64,000 bases of DNA from Bacteroidales bacterium (GTDB taxonomy: Bacteria > Bacteroidota > Bacteroidia > Bacteroidales > GCA-2748055). The stretch lies in assembly GCA_023138875.1 (NCBI GenBank), contig JAGLOO010000037.1:23471-87470 (forward strand), given 5' to 3'. Below, piece by piece: positions 48,951 through 57,111 of the stretch. Every line of letters begins with the position of its first letter. Within the stretch, counting starts at the first letter, position 1. A program made the position numbers and the translations under genes. A model generated the notes under the pieces. The model was given only the letters and a program-made list of their open reading frames with translations. It had not been told where the DNA came from and made no database searches.

Positions 48951-49403
48951 TTGAAGGAATTCTCAGATCCTTACGTTTTCTTAACTTGTGGTAATTCAAC
49001 CCTGACCCGAGAAATCATGATAACATTTATTCTGAAAGTCAACCACAAGCAGGATGACAAAATTACCGCCTCCAGTTCTGAACAAAATGTGGAATTTCCT
49101 ATTTATGACAGCATTACATCTACCCACAATAAAGGCCATATGCCCGAAATTAGTCTTCATTGGTATCACGGTTTGACATTCAATACGATGAAATATCAGA
49201 AGTATAGAAACTTATTGAATGACCAGCTTGAAAGGGAAGAATTAGTCAGATTCCTTCGTAAAGATGCAATTGAAATGTTGGTTTCTGATGGAGATCTCTA
49301 CTTGAAGGCAAAAGAGTACCTCACCATAAGAGAGGATGTGGTTAAATTAGATCTGAAAATGTGGGGGATGGATGTCAACCGGATAGCACAAATTATTTTC
49401 TGA
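48951..49403 (+). CDS. hypothetical protein (middle gene of a three-gene operon)
   Basis: TTG start in the track, with a possible ATG start (MITFILKV) about 49017. 16 nt after the previous stop and 4 nt before the next start. Confidence 0.4.
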   Translation: MKEFSDPYVFLTCGNSTLTREIMITFILKVNHKQDDKITASSSEQNVEFPIYDSITSTHNKGHMPEISLHWYHGLTFNTMKYQKYRNLLNDQLEREELVRFLRKDAIEMLVSDGDLYLKAKEYLTIREDVVKLDLKMWGMDVNRIAQIIF

Positions 49404-49407
49404 TCCA

Positions 49408-49989
49408 ATGAGTATCCATGACTTTAATGACCGGTTTGGCGTTTCCGAACCCACCCCTACAGAATTCGAGAAGGCTGTAATGAAGCTGTTCATGTCACTA
49501 CCAGATGAACTAGTTAGTAAAAGCATCGAACATAATGTAAAAATACCCGGAATCGATGGTATTTATCAAATCGATATCAAGTTGACGTTTGAAGTTTTTG
49601 GCGCCAATTTTCTGGTATTGATTGAATGTAAACGATACTCCTCACCGGTGAAGCGAGAAGCAGTTCAAATTCTACATTCAAAGCTTTCAAGTCTAGGTGC
49701 ACAAAAAGGAGTCCTTGTGTCTACATCAGGATTTCAAAGAGGTGCAATTCAATATGCAAAAGAACACGGAATAGCACTGCTCCGGATTGCTGCGGGTAGA
49801 ATGACCTATGAAACTAAAAATATTTTCAGTGATGGAGAGTACCAGTATTTTAACGGAACGGAGGCCTTCCCAATATATCGAATTGAAGAATCCAGTCCTG
49901 GTTCAATTTCAATTACGATGCTAATTGATGATCATATTAACGAATTTGGAGTTTCCCTATTCAAATCAAGTGAAAATGAAAATAATTAA
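49408..49989 (+). CDS. Mrr-like (PD-(D/E)xK) restriction endonuclease-domain protein
   Basis: FEKAVMKLF...GIDGIYQIDIKL...FLVLIECKRYSSPVKREAVQILHSKL...GVLVSTSGFQRGAIQYAKEHGIAL is collinear with the Mrr catalytic domain (D...ExK). Confidence 0.75.
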   Translation: MSIHDFNDRFGVSEPTPTEFEKAVMKLFMSLPDELVSKSIEHNVKIPGIDGIYQIDIKLTFEVFGANFLVLIECKRYSSPVKREAVQILHSKLSSLGAQKGVLVSTSGFQRGAIQYAKEHGIALLRIAAGRMTYETKNIFSDGEYQYFNGTEAFPIYRIEESSPGSISITMLIDDHINEFGVSLFKSSENENN

Positions 49990-50036
49990 AACCGGCAGCT
50001 AGGGTCCAAATCACCCTAAGAGGTCAAAATAAATCC

Positions 50037-50105
50037 ATGACCACCAAAGAAAAAATCCTCCAGCTAGAGAAGGACCTGGAGGAGCTTATGAAGAAAATGG
50101 AATGA
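50037..50105 (+). CDS. 22-aa small ORF (MTTKEKILQLEKDLEELMKKME), doubtful
   Basis: Below the track cutoff. Weak resemblance to ATTEKLMITEKAL...EKLQKKISVL within 46879-47124. Confidence 0.2.
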   Translation: MTTKEKILQLEKDLEELMKKME

Positions 50106-50165
50106 TTCTCTGGCTGATATTTCCATCTTCATCACATCAACTTATATGACCAATACCATACTGAA

Positions 50166-50273
50166 ATGAATGACCAGGAAATTAAGGAAGAGGTTCAGGG
50201 GTTAATTGTACGGTTCCAGAAGGTTGACCAGGTGAATTTGATAATAATTAACTGCTATTTAACCGGTTTTTAA
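50166..50273 (+). CDS. 35-aa small ORF (MNDQEIKEEVQGLIVRFQKVDQV...), copy 2 of the repeated mini-gene
   Basis: Shares M.D...KEEV..LI.RF...D and the upstream ACCATACTGA with 48288-48389. Confidence 0.3.
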   Translation: MNDQEIKEEVQGLIVRFQKVDQVNLIIINCYLTGF

Positions 50274-50383
50274 CATTTTTATATTCAATACTTGCTTTTT
50301 TGTGCTCGATATCAGTATATTTAAGGTAACAAAAGTATTGGAGTTGCGTTAAAATATATAACCGATTTCAATATTTGTAGCCC

Positions 50384-50662
50384 ATGAACGTAGCTAAAAT
50401 TCAAAAACCTCAGCAAATCATGGCCCCGAATCCATCTGGATTGAGAGGAAAACACTATTTTAGCGCTTCTAACATTACACCACAATACATGCTAGAACTT
50501 ATTCGTTATTTCGCTCGTGCCAAATCAAGTGGTACGATATCTGACGACCAATTTACTGCCTTGATTACACTAACTCTATCCAATTTTGTTGAAGCTCAAG
50601 TTGAAAGCAAGGTGAACAGGGTAGTAATCGATCGGGTTGAACATGTGTTTAAGGTTCTGTAG
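50384..50662 (+). CDS. hypothetical protein
   Basis: 92-aa ORF. Its stop lies 1 nt before the likely start of the next gene. Confidence 0.45.
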   Translation: MNVAKIQKPQQIMAPNPSGLRGKHYFSASNITPQYMLELIRYFARAKSSGTISDDQFTALITLTLSNFVEAQVESKVNRVVIDRVEHVFKVL

Positions 50663-50663
50663 T

Positions 50664-51128
50664 ATGTGTCCAAAAAAAACCACACAGCCTGCCGTCCAGG
50701 ATAATTCGAAATCAGACGTGAAAAGCACCCAAGCTAAGATTCCTAAGGACGGAAATCCTGAGACTATTGATCCTGAAGTAATAGAAGGGCTCCCCCCGGA
50801 AATTAAAAAGGTGTTTGAATTCGGTATGCTTCAAATGCGAAGTGGCCCACATAATCCAATTATGGATAAATTGGAACCACAGCACATAGATAAGATCCTT
50901 AACATCGCAGAGAAGGACGAGGAACATTCTGACAAACAGACAACAAAACGTAGAAGATATAACCTGGTATATGTACTTCTGGGGATTTCCGTCTTTATAT
51001 TTTTGATTGTTTATCTAATCGAAATCGATAAAGAACTACTTCTAAAGATATTAGCTGCAATTACCCTTTTCGGAGCTGGTTTCGGTGGTGGATATGGGTA
51101 TAGGTATTTTCGTTCCGAATCTGAATAA
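50664..51128 (+). CDS. membrane protein, DUF2335-like
   Basis: Start set at MCPKKTT (50664). PPEIKKVFEFGMLQM...ILNIAEKDEEHSDKQ, followed by two TM helices (LVYVLLGISVFIFLIVYLI, LAAITLFGAGFGGGYGY), resembles DUF2335 architecture as I recall it. Confidence 0.4.
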   Translation: MCPKKTTQPAVQDNSKSDVKSTQAKIPKDGNPETIDPEVIEGLPPEIKKVFEFGMLQMRSGPHNPIMDKLEPQHIDKILNIAEKDEEHSDKQTTKRRRYNLVYVLLGISVFIFLIVYLIEIDKELLLKILAAITLFGAGFGGGYGYRYFRSESE

Positions 51129-51228
51129 TCTCCTTCTTCACTATCTTCCTGCAATTGGTTAAGTCAATCTCCTGGTCAATCCTCTCCAGGTCCAGATCGA
51201 TATAAATATCTGTCACTCCCTCCTTGCC

Positions 51229-51252
51229 GTGACCCGGTGACCCTCTTAACCC
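51229..51252 (+). repeat. three closely spaced TRACCC direct repeats (GTGACCC-G-GTGACCC-TC-TTAACCC)
   Basis: Read directly. Same half-site as in the 21-nt motifs at 24464 and 51373. Confidence 0.45.
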
Positions 51253-51372
51253 TCGATGCTATAAAAAAGGGCGGCCAGTTCCCCGGCCACCCTAATAGGT
51301 CAAATATCTCCGCTATGGCAGCGTAGATAAGACAAAGGTAAGGAATAAAGCTGACATAGGAATCCCGAAATA

Positions 51373-51393
51373 ATGACCCCCATAGTGACCCCG
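51373..51393 (+). repeat. 21-nt motif ATGACCCCCATAGTGACCCCG (right-end copy)
   Basis: 19/21 identical to 24464-24484 in the same orientation. Confidence 0.45.
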
Positions 51394-51405
51394 GTAAAAA
51401 AGAAA

Positions 51406-51432
51406 CCCCTGTAATCTTTTGAACTACAGGGG
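51406..51432. terminator. bidirectional hairpin terminator just downstream of the tRNA-Asp 3' end
   Basis: CCCCTGTA-atcttttgaac-TACAGGGG, flanked by an A-run and CTTTTTCT. Confidence 0.6.
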
Positions 51433-51448
51433 CTTTTTCTGTCTAATT

Positions 51449-51470
51449 GCGGTCTGGACGGGACTCGAAC
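51449..51470. repeat. proximal att direct repeat (within the tRNA-Asp 3' end)
   Basis: GCGGTCTGGACGGGACTCGAAC is identical to 24331-24352. Confidence 0.85.
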
Positions 51471-51524
51471 CCGCGACCTCCGGCGTGACAGGCCGGCATT
51501 CTAACCAAACTGAACTACCAGACC
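51450..51524 (-). tRNA. tRNA-Asp (anticodon GUC)
   Basis: Reverse complement folds as GGTCTGG-TA-GTTC-AGTTTGGTTA-GAAT-G-CCGGC-CTGTCAC-GCCGG-AGGTC-GCGGG-TTCGAGT-CCCGT-CCAGACC-G. 75 nt, CCA not encoded. Confidence 0.9.
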
Positions 51525-51742
51525 TTATATACTATTGGTGGTTATGGGTAATCTTCTTTAGAACGTGCATCATTCAAATGCGTGGCAAAAATAGATGATT
51601 TTTTCATTTCAACAAAACAAAATCCGCAATATTTTCTTCCGTGGAATAATGAGGACCGATTAATCCACAAGTTCCAGCATCTCACACCCGGTCAGAAGGA
51701 ATGCACCGGTATCATTTACCTGCCACTTATACTTTAACCGTG

Positions 51743-52661
51743 CTATTCCGAGAGGTACTTAATCCATTGATATACCCGGTCGGGCCAGGTGGATAAATGA
51801 CCCTGACCAATGCCCAGTGAGTATCCGTGTCCTCCAAAGGGATAAATATGCAGCTCCGCCGGAATCTGGTGTTCCAGCAGTGCCTCGTAATAGACGATGC
51901 TGTTTTCTACCGGAACGGTCTTATCATCTCCTGAATGGATCAAAATGGCAGGCGGGGTCTCTTCAGTTACCTGCAATTCATTGGAAAAATGCTTTACCAG
52001 CTCTTCATCCGCATCCTCACCGAGCAGGGCCTTCCGTGATCCGGCATGGGAAAAGTCAGCAGTGAAGGATATGACCGGGTATATGAGTATCGAAAAATCG
52101 GGTCTGCAACTCATTTGCTCCACAGGATCATCGCTGGAAGGGTTTCCCGGATCGAAATGGGTAGAAAGGGTGGATGCCAGGTGACCTCCTGCTGAGAAAC
52201 CTATAATTCCAATTTTACTGACATCCACATTCCACCTTTCAGCATTGTAAACGGACCATACGCAAGGCCCTCTGGGCATCCATAAGTGGTGACTTATGAG
52301 GTACGATGTTGCTTTTTGATCCGGGCAGGCGGTATTTCAGAACAAAAGCAGCAATTCCACGTGAATTTAACCACCGGGCAATATCAATTCCCTCCCAGTC
52401 ATAGGCCAGGATGTGGTAGCCTCCGCCCGGACAGATCACTACTGCTTCCCCGGTAGCATTCTTCTTGGAAGGAAGAAATACAGCAATATCAGGTTGCTGA
52501 ACAAGCCTTACCCTTACAATATCGGAGGTATCCCAGATGGTGACTTCCCCGGTTTCCCTGTAGTTGGGAGGATCACCTTCCCACAGGGGGATGATCTTAT
52601 TCTGTGCAAATCCTGATGTTGCAAGCATAACCAAAAACAGTGTAAGAAATAGATTTTTCAT
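51743..52661 (-). pseudogene. alpha/beta-hydrolase esterase split by a 1-nt frameshift
   Basis: Two overlapping ORFs (52661-52239 and 52279-51743). The N part ends ...DAQRALRMVR-LQC*. The C part continues YNAERWNVDVSKIGIIGFSAGGHLA (GxSxG). Removing one base of the AAA run at 52249-52251 restores ...RMVRYNAERW... Confidence 0.7.
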
Positions 52662-52675
52662 AGTTGGTTCAGGGA

Positions 52676-55393
52676 TTAATATATTGTTGTATGGATCTTA
52701 TAGTTTCCCGATCCGGCCTCTCCAATTACTTTGCCATCAGCAATCCTGTACTCCAGACCTGACTCATCCAGGCCAGCACCATTAATCAGGATATCCTCCG
52801 AACTCCCAGGAATATGAATGGTGGCCGAAGTGTTGGCAGGGATTTCAATCTCCATAAACAGTCGATCCCCATCCAGCTTCCAACCGGACACGATGGTGCC
52901 ATACATGCTGTTGTGTGTGGCTTCTGCTGAAGTAAGGCCACCACCTGGTCGGGGATGGATAATGGTATGCTTATAACCCGGCCTGTCAGGATCAATCCCG
53001 ATCCCGGCAACCACCTGGTACAACCATTTCCCGATGGCCCCGTAGGCATAATGATTAAAGGAGTTCATACCTGGAGTCTGGAATGTGGAATCGGGTTTTT
53101 GACCGTCCCACCTTTCCCATATGGTGGTAGCCCCCATGGTCACCGGGTAGAGCCATGAAGGATATTCTGTCCTGTTCAGCAATAAATAGGCCAGGTCGTT
53201 CATTCCGTGATCGGTCAATGTGAGCGATATGAGCGGGGTTCCGAGGAAACCGGTGGTGATGTGGCCAAAATCCTGCACATCCTTACCCAGATGAGAAGCA
53301 CTTTTTACTGCTGTTTCCTCATCCAATAGATCAAATGCCAGTGCAAGGGTATAAGCAGTCTGGGTATGGGCCACCAGCCGGCCATTAGGGGTTACAAATT
53401 CATCCTGGAAGGCTTCCTTTACCTGATTCGAAAGATCTCCATAATACTTCTCATCATCTGCCTGTCCGAGAATGGAAGCCACTTTCGAAACCAGGCCGGA
53501 TGAATAGGAATAGTATGCAGTGGCGATCAGGTCTTTGGTGGTATATGCACCCATATAGTCGGATCTGCTGGCATCAAACGACAGCCAGTCACCGAAATGC
53601 CCGTCCTCATCCCAGATCAGGTCATCACCAGCACGATCCTTCATATAACCGATCCATTTCTTCATACTCTCATATTGGGTCTCCAGGATAGAGATGTCCC
53701 CATAATCCAGGTAGAGTACCAAGGGGATTACCACACCTGCATCTGCCCAGCCGGTGGCTCCTCCCCCGCCAAGAATGTTGGGGATCACATGGGGAATGCT
53801 TCCATTTTCCGCCTGGTCGGCCATCAGGTCTTTCAACCATTTTGTATAGAAAGTGGCTGCGTTCATATTGAAGCAGGCTGTGGGCGCAAAAACCTGTGCA
53901 TCTCCGGTCCATCCAAGCCTTTCATCCCGCTGTGGACAGTCGGTGGGTACATCCAGAAAATTCCCTTTCAACCCCCAGACGATGTTGTGCTGAAGCTGGT
54001 TGATCAGTGGATCAGAACAGGTAAAGCTGCCTGATGGTTCCATATCAGAATGGATCACCATCCCCCTGATATCTTCCTCATGTAATATTCCCGGGTAACC
54101 CGAGACCATCACATACCTGAATCCCTGGAAAGAAAAGTGGGGTTCAAAGACTTCCCGTTCGTCGCCTTTGAGAATATACGTATTGGTTTGTTGAGCCTTA
54201 CGTAAATTATCATAGTACATATTCCCCTCTTTATCCAGGACCTCTGTATGCTTCAGCGTGATAATGTCTCCTTTTTTCCCGGTTGCCTTGATCCTGATCC
54301 AACCCACCATGTTCTGACCCATATCAACCTGCCACTGGTCATTCCCTGTCTTCTGAATGGAAACAGGTGCCAGTTCATCAATGATCCTGACGGGCGGACC
54401 TTCAGGAGCAATCAGCTTTTCTTTGGAAATATCCACGGTGACAGTTTTTTGCCACTCTGTATCATTGTAACCCGAACTGCTCCACCCATCCAGTTCCTTT
54501 GTGGCATCATAGGTTTCCCCGTTGTATATGTCAGATTTCAGGATGGGACCGGTGCCGGCTTTCCAGGAGTCATCCGAATAAATGATCTCCTCAGAACCAT
54601 CAGTATATTGAATAATCAGCTGTGCAATGACGGACAACTGTGTCCCCCATTCATTCCTGTTATTACCCCATCCCAGGTTGCCCCGGTACCATCCATCACC
54701 AAGTATGATCCCAATGGCATTGGCCTCTTGCTGAAGGTTTTCCGTTACATCATAGGTCTGGTACTGGAGCCGTGTATCGTAGCTGGTCCACCCCGGTGTA
54801 AATTCCTGGTCACCTATCCTCTCACTGTTGATCTCCACCTGGTACAGACCATGACTGCTGATATACAACCTGGCCTTCCGGACCCCTTTATTGAGGTTAA
54901 ACTCTTTCCTGAGGTAAGGGGAGGGCATGGAGATGGTAGAGTCCTCCTCCAGGAGGGGTGATATCCAGTCCGCCTTCCAATCAGCACTGCTCAGGATCCC
55001 CATTTCCCAGTATGCCACTTCACTCCATCCACTGGATTTACCATGATTATCCTTGATCTTCACCTGCCAGTAAACCCGTTGAAAGGACTCAAGTGGAGGA
55101 CCTGCATATTTTACATGCAGACTCTGGGATGAGGGAACCTGTCCGGTTTTCCACAGCAGGTTCTTTCCTTTCTTCAGATCGGCCATACTCAGTGCAGCCC
55201 TGATCTCATAGGAGTCCTGCATGGTGTTCATCTGGTTGGAATGAATGATCCAGCTGAGCTTTGGAGCGGTATTATCAATGCCTGCCGGATTGGTTATGTA
55301 ATCGGTTTTAAGTGATGTGATACTAAGCTCGGCCCTGAGGGTGGCAGTAACTGCAAGCAAAAGGCAGAGCGCAATGGTGCGGGTAATTTTCAT
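52676..55393 (-). CDS. alpha-L-rhamnosidase (GH78)
   Basis: 905 aa with a signal peptide. VPTDCPQRDERLGWTGDAQVF and the overall collinearity are typical of bacterial GH78 enzymes. Confidence 0.85.
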   Translation of the reverse strand: MKITRTIALCLLLAVTATLRAELSITSLKTDYITNPAGIDNTAPKLSWIIHSNQMNTMQDSYEIRAALSMADLKKGKNLLWKTGQVPSSQSLHVKYAGPPLESFQRVYWQVKIKDNHGKSSGWSEVAYWEMGILSSADWKADWISPLLEEDSTISMPSPYLRKEFNLNKGVRKARLYISSHGLYQVEINSERIGDQEFTPGWTSYDTRLQYQTYDVTENLQQEANAIGIILGDGWYRGNLGWGNNRNEWGTQLSVIAQLIIQYTDGSEEIIYSDDSWKAGTGPILKSDIYNGETYDATKELDGWSSSGYNDTEWQKTVTVDISKEKLIAPEGPPVRIIDELAPVSIQKTGNDQWQVDMGQNMVGWIRIKATGKKGDIITLKHTEVLDKEGNMYYDNLRKAQQTNTYILKGDEREVFEPHFSFQGFRYVMVSGYPGILHEEDIRGMVIHSDMEPSGSFTCSDPLINQLQHNIVWGLKGNFLDVPTDCPQRDERLGWTGDAQVFAPTACFNMNAATFYTKWLKDLMADQAENGSIPHVIPNILGGGGATGWADAGVVIPLVLYLDYGDISILETQYESMKKWIGYMKDRAGDDLIWDEDGHFGDWLSFDASRSDYMGAYTTKDLIATAYYSYSSGLVSKVASILGQADDEKYYGDLSNQVKEAFQDEFVTPNGRLVAHTQTAYTLALAFDLLDEETAVKSASHLGKDVQDFGHITTGFLGTPLISLTLTDHGMNDLAYLLLNRTEYPSWLYPVTMGATTIWERWDGQKPDSTFQTPGMNSFNHYAYGAIGKWLYQVVAGIGIDPDRPGYKHTIIHPRPGGGLTSAEATHNSMYGTIVSGWKLDGDRLFMEIEIPANTSATIHIPGSSEDILINGAGLDESGLEYRIADGKVIGEAGSGNYKIHTTIY

Positions 55394-55501
55394 CTTTTGA
55401 AGAAGCTTTTAGATACAGTTCTAAAGTTAAACTATTTTTGAATAGCCGTTTGCGAATGGATCCAAAAGCAATGTGAGAACTTGAAACAGCAACCGGCAAA
55501 A

Positions 55502-57094
55502 CTAAAGTCCGGAGGGTGGTGTCCCATAGATGATGACCTCATGCATATGGATACCGTAACCCTTTTCAGGATCTTTCAGGACAACCCTGACTGTATGATC
55601 CCCGTCATCCAGGTTGTACTTCCAGGCAACTTCATGCTTCCGGGTCCTTTCGGATGTGGGCATAGCTGAAGTTTCGTACAGTGCTCCGTCGATGAAGACA
55701 TCCAGTAGCAAATCTTTGTCTTCCAGGGCACCATCGTGCTTCACGCTCCTGCCTTTAATAACAAAACCTTTGCCTTTGAAATCAAAGCTTAAGTCAGTTT
55801 CACCATCCGCTTCAAGTAGCTTACCACCCCAGCCGAAATTGATCTTCCTCACCGGGTAATGCCCTTCGAATGCCCGCTCAAATTTTACGGGAGATGGCTC
55901 CTCAACTATAATCTTCACCTCTTCATCCTGCTCCTCACCTCCATTTCTGCGAATCATCTCAAGGGCATGCCTGTAACTCATCTCATAGGCGTCATTAAGC
56001 GAGATGGTGGTGTATTTGAAGTCCATATCCTCCACCCTGTCGAGCCCCTGTTTCCAGTAGTCCGGGATTCCGTCGTACCCAATAACAGTGCCAAGAATAC
56101 CTCCGGCACTGGCCGGATTACAATCTGAATCCTGACCACACCTGGTACTGATATCCACCGTTTTCCCAAAATCACCTTCACCATACAGCAGTCCGATCAC
56201 AATGTATGCTGCATTGATCTTGGCATCAATATTAAAGGCAGAGAATACTCCACTTGGGCAACCGATGTCGGAAGACCACTTTTTCTCAGCTTCGAACCAG
56301 GTACTCCTCCAGTCATCCGGATTCTGGCCATGCCACTGGATCACATCTTTTATACACTGGTGAAACTCGCTCTCTTCGGGGATGGCTTTCAGTGCTTCTG
56401 ATACAATGAATCCAATATCATCTGAATAAAATGCCAGGGAATACATGGCTGCCACATACACCCCTCCATACCATCCATCACCATAATTCATAATATGCCC
56501 TACACGGTCACAGATCTCAGATGAAGAGTTCACCATCCCCGGGTTCATTAATCCGGCAAAATCCGCCTCGATCTGGAAATCGATGTCATCGGCATGGGGA
56601 TTGTTTTCCCAATATCCTGAAGCAGGAGGCTCCATGCCTCTGAGAATGTTGTACCTGGCGGCCTGGTTGGCATGCCACAGTTTGTATTCAGCATTGGCAA
56701 AAGCGTGTGCATGGCAGGAGGCCGGAGCATCCACACCCTCCATTTCAATCACCTCAACGAAAGTCAGATCCATATATATATCATCGTAGAGTCCGGGTGC
56801 ATTGCTGTACCACCATTCCATCATGTTCTCATCCCACTCGATGGGAGTATATTCCTGGATCATAGTACCGTTGAACTTGAACTCGGTGGGACCACCATAG
56901 GTACAACCGATTACCTGTCCGGCCCATCCTCCTTTGATCTTGTTCAGCAAATCACTCTTTGAAACAGTCAACTCAACAGGATAGTCCACTCCGGACGAAG
57001 CTGGAGCATTGTTGTCGTTTCCACAGGAAAAAGTGAACAACAGACCAAGGATGAATAGAAGATTTAAAACGGGATTTGTTAGCTGGATCTTCAT
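55502..57094 (-). CDS. ADP-ribosylglycohydrolase-fold lipoprotein with a C-terminal beta-sandwich-like extension
   Basis: Lipoprotein signal (LFILGLLFTFSCG). IKGGWAGQVIGCTYGGPTEF and RCGQDSDCNPASAGGILG match the N- and C-terminal metal-binding motifs of the ARH/DraG family. Confidence 0.7.
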   Translation of the reverse strand: MKIQLTNPVLNLLFILGLLFTFSCGNDNNAPASSGVDYPVELTVSKSDLLNKIKGGWAGQVIGCTYGGPTEFKFNGTMIQEYTPIEWDENMMEWWYSNAPGLYDDIYMDLTFVEVIEMEGVDAPASCHAHAFANAEYKLWHANQAARYNILRGMEPPASGYWENNPHADDIDFQIEADFAGLMNPGMVNSSSEICDRVGHIMNYGDGWYGGVYVAAMYSLAFYSDDIGFIVSEALKAIPEESEFHQCIKDVIQWHGQNPDDWRSTWFEAEKKWSSDIGCPSGVFSAFNIDAKINAAYIVIGLLYGEGDFGKTVDISTRCGQDSDCNPASAGGILGTVIGYDGIPDYWKQGLDRVEDMDFKYTTISLNDAYEMSYRHALEMIRRNGGEEQDEEVKIIVEEPSPVKFERAFEGHYPVRKINFGWGGKLLEADGETDLSFDFKGKGFVIKGRSVKHDGALEDKDLLLDVFIDGALYETSAMPTSERTRKHEVAWKYNLDDGDHTVRVVLKDPEKGYGIHMHEVIIYGTPPSGL

Positions 57095-57111
57095 GTTGTA
57101 AAGTTTATGGG

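Larger units (their letters stand above)
24331..51470. mobile_element. ~27-kb integrative element inserted in the 3' end of tRNA-Asp (phage-related replication module, giant polyvalent-like protein, defence-like cargo)
   Basis: Perfect 22-bp direct repeats at both ends. Tyrosine integrase 166 nt inside the left repeat. Xis-type HTH genes, DUF1376, PrimPol-helicase, VRR-NUC and Bro-N in one co-directional, translationally coupled block. Confidence 0.75.
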
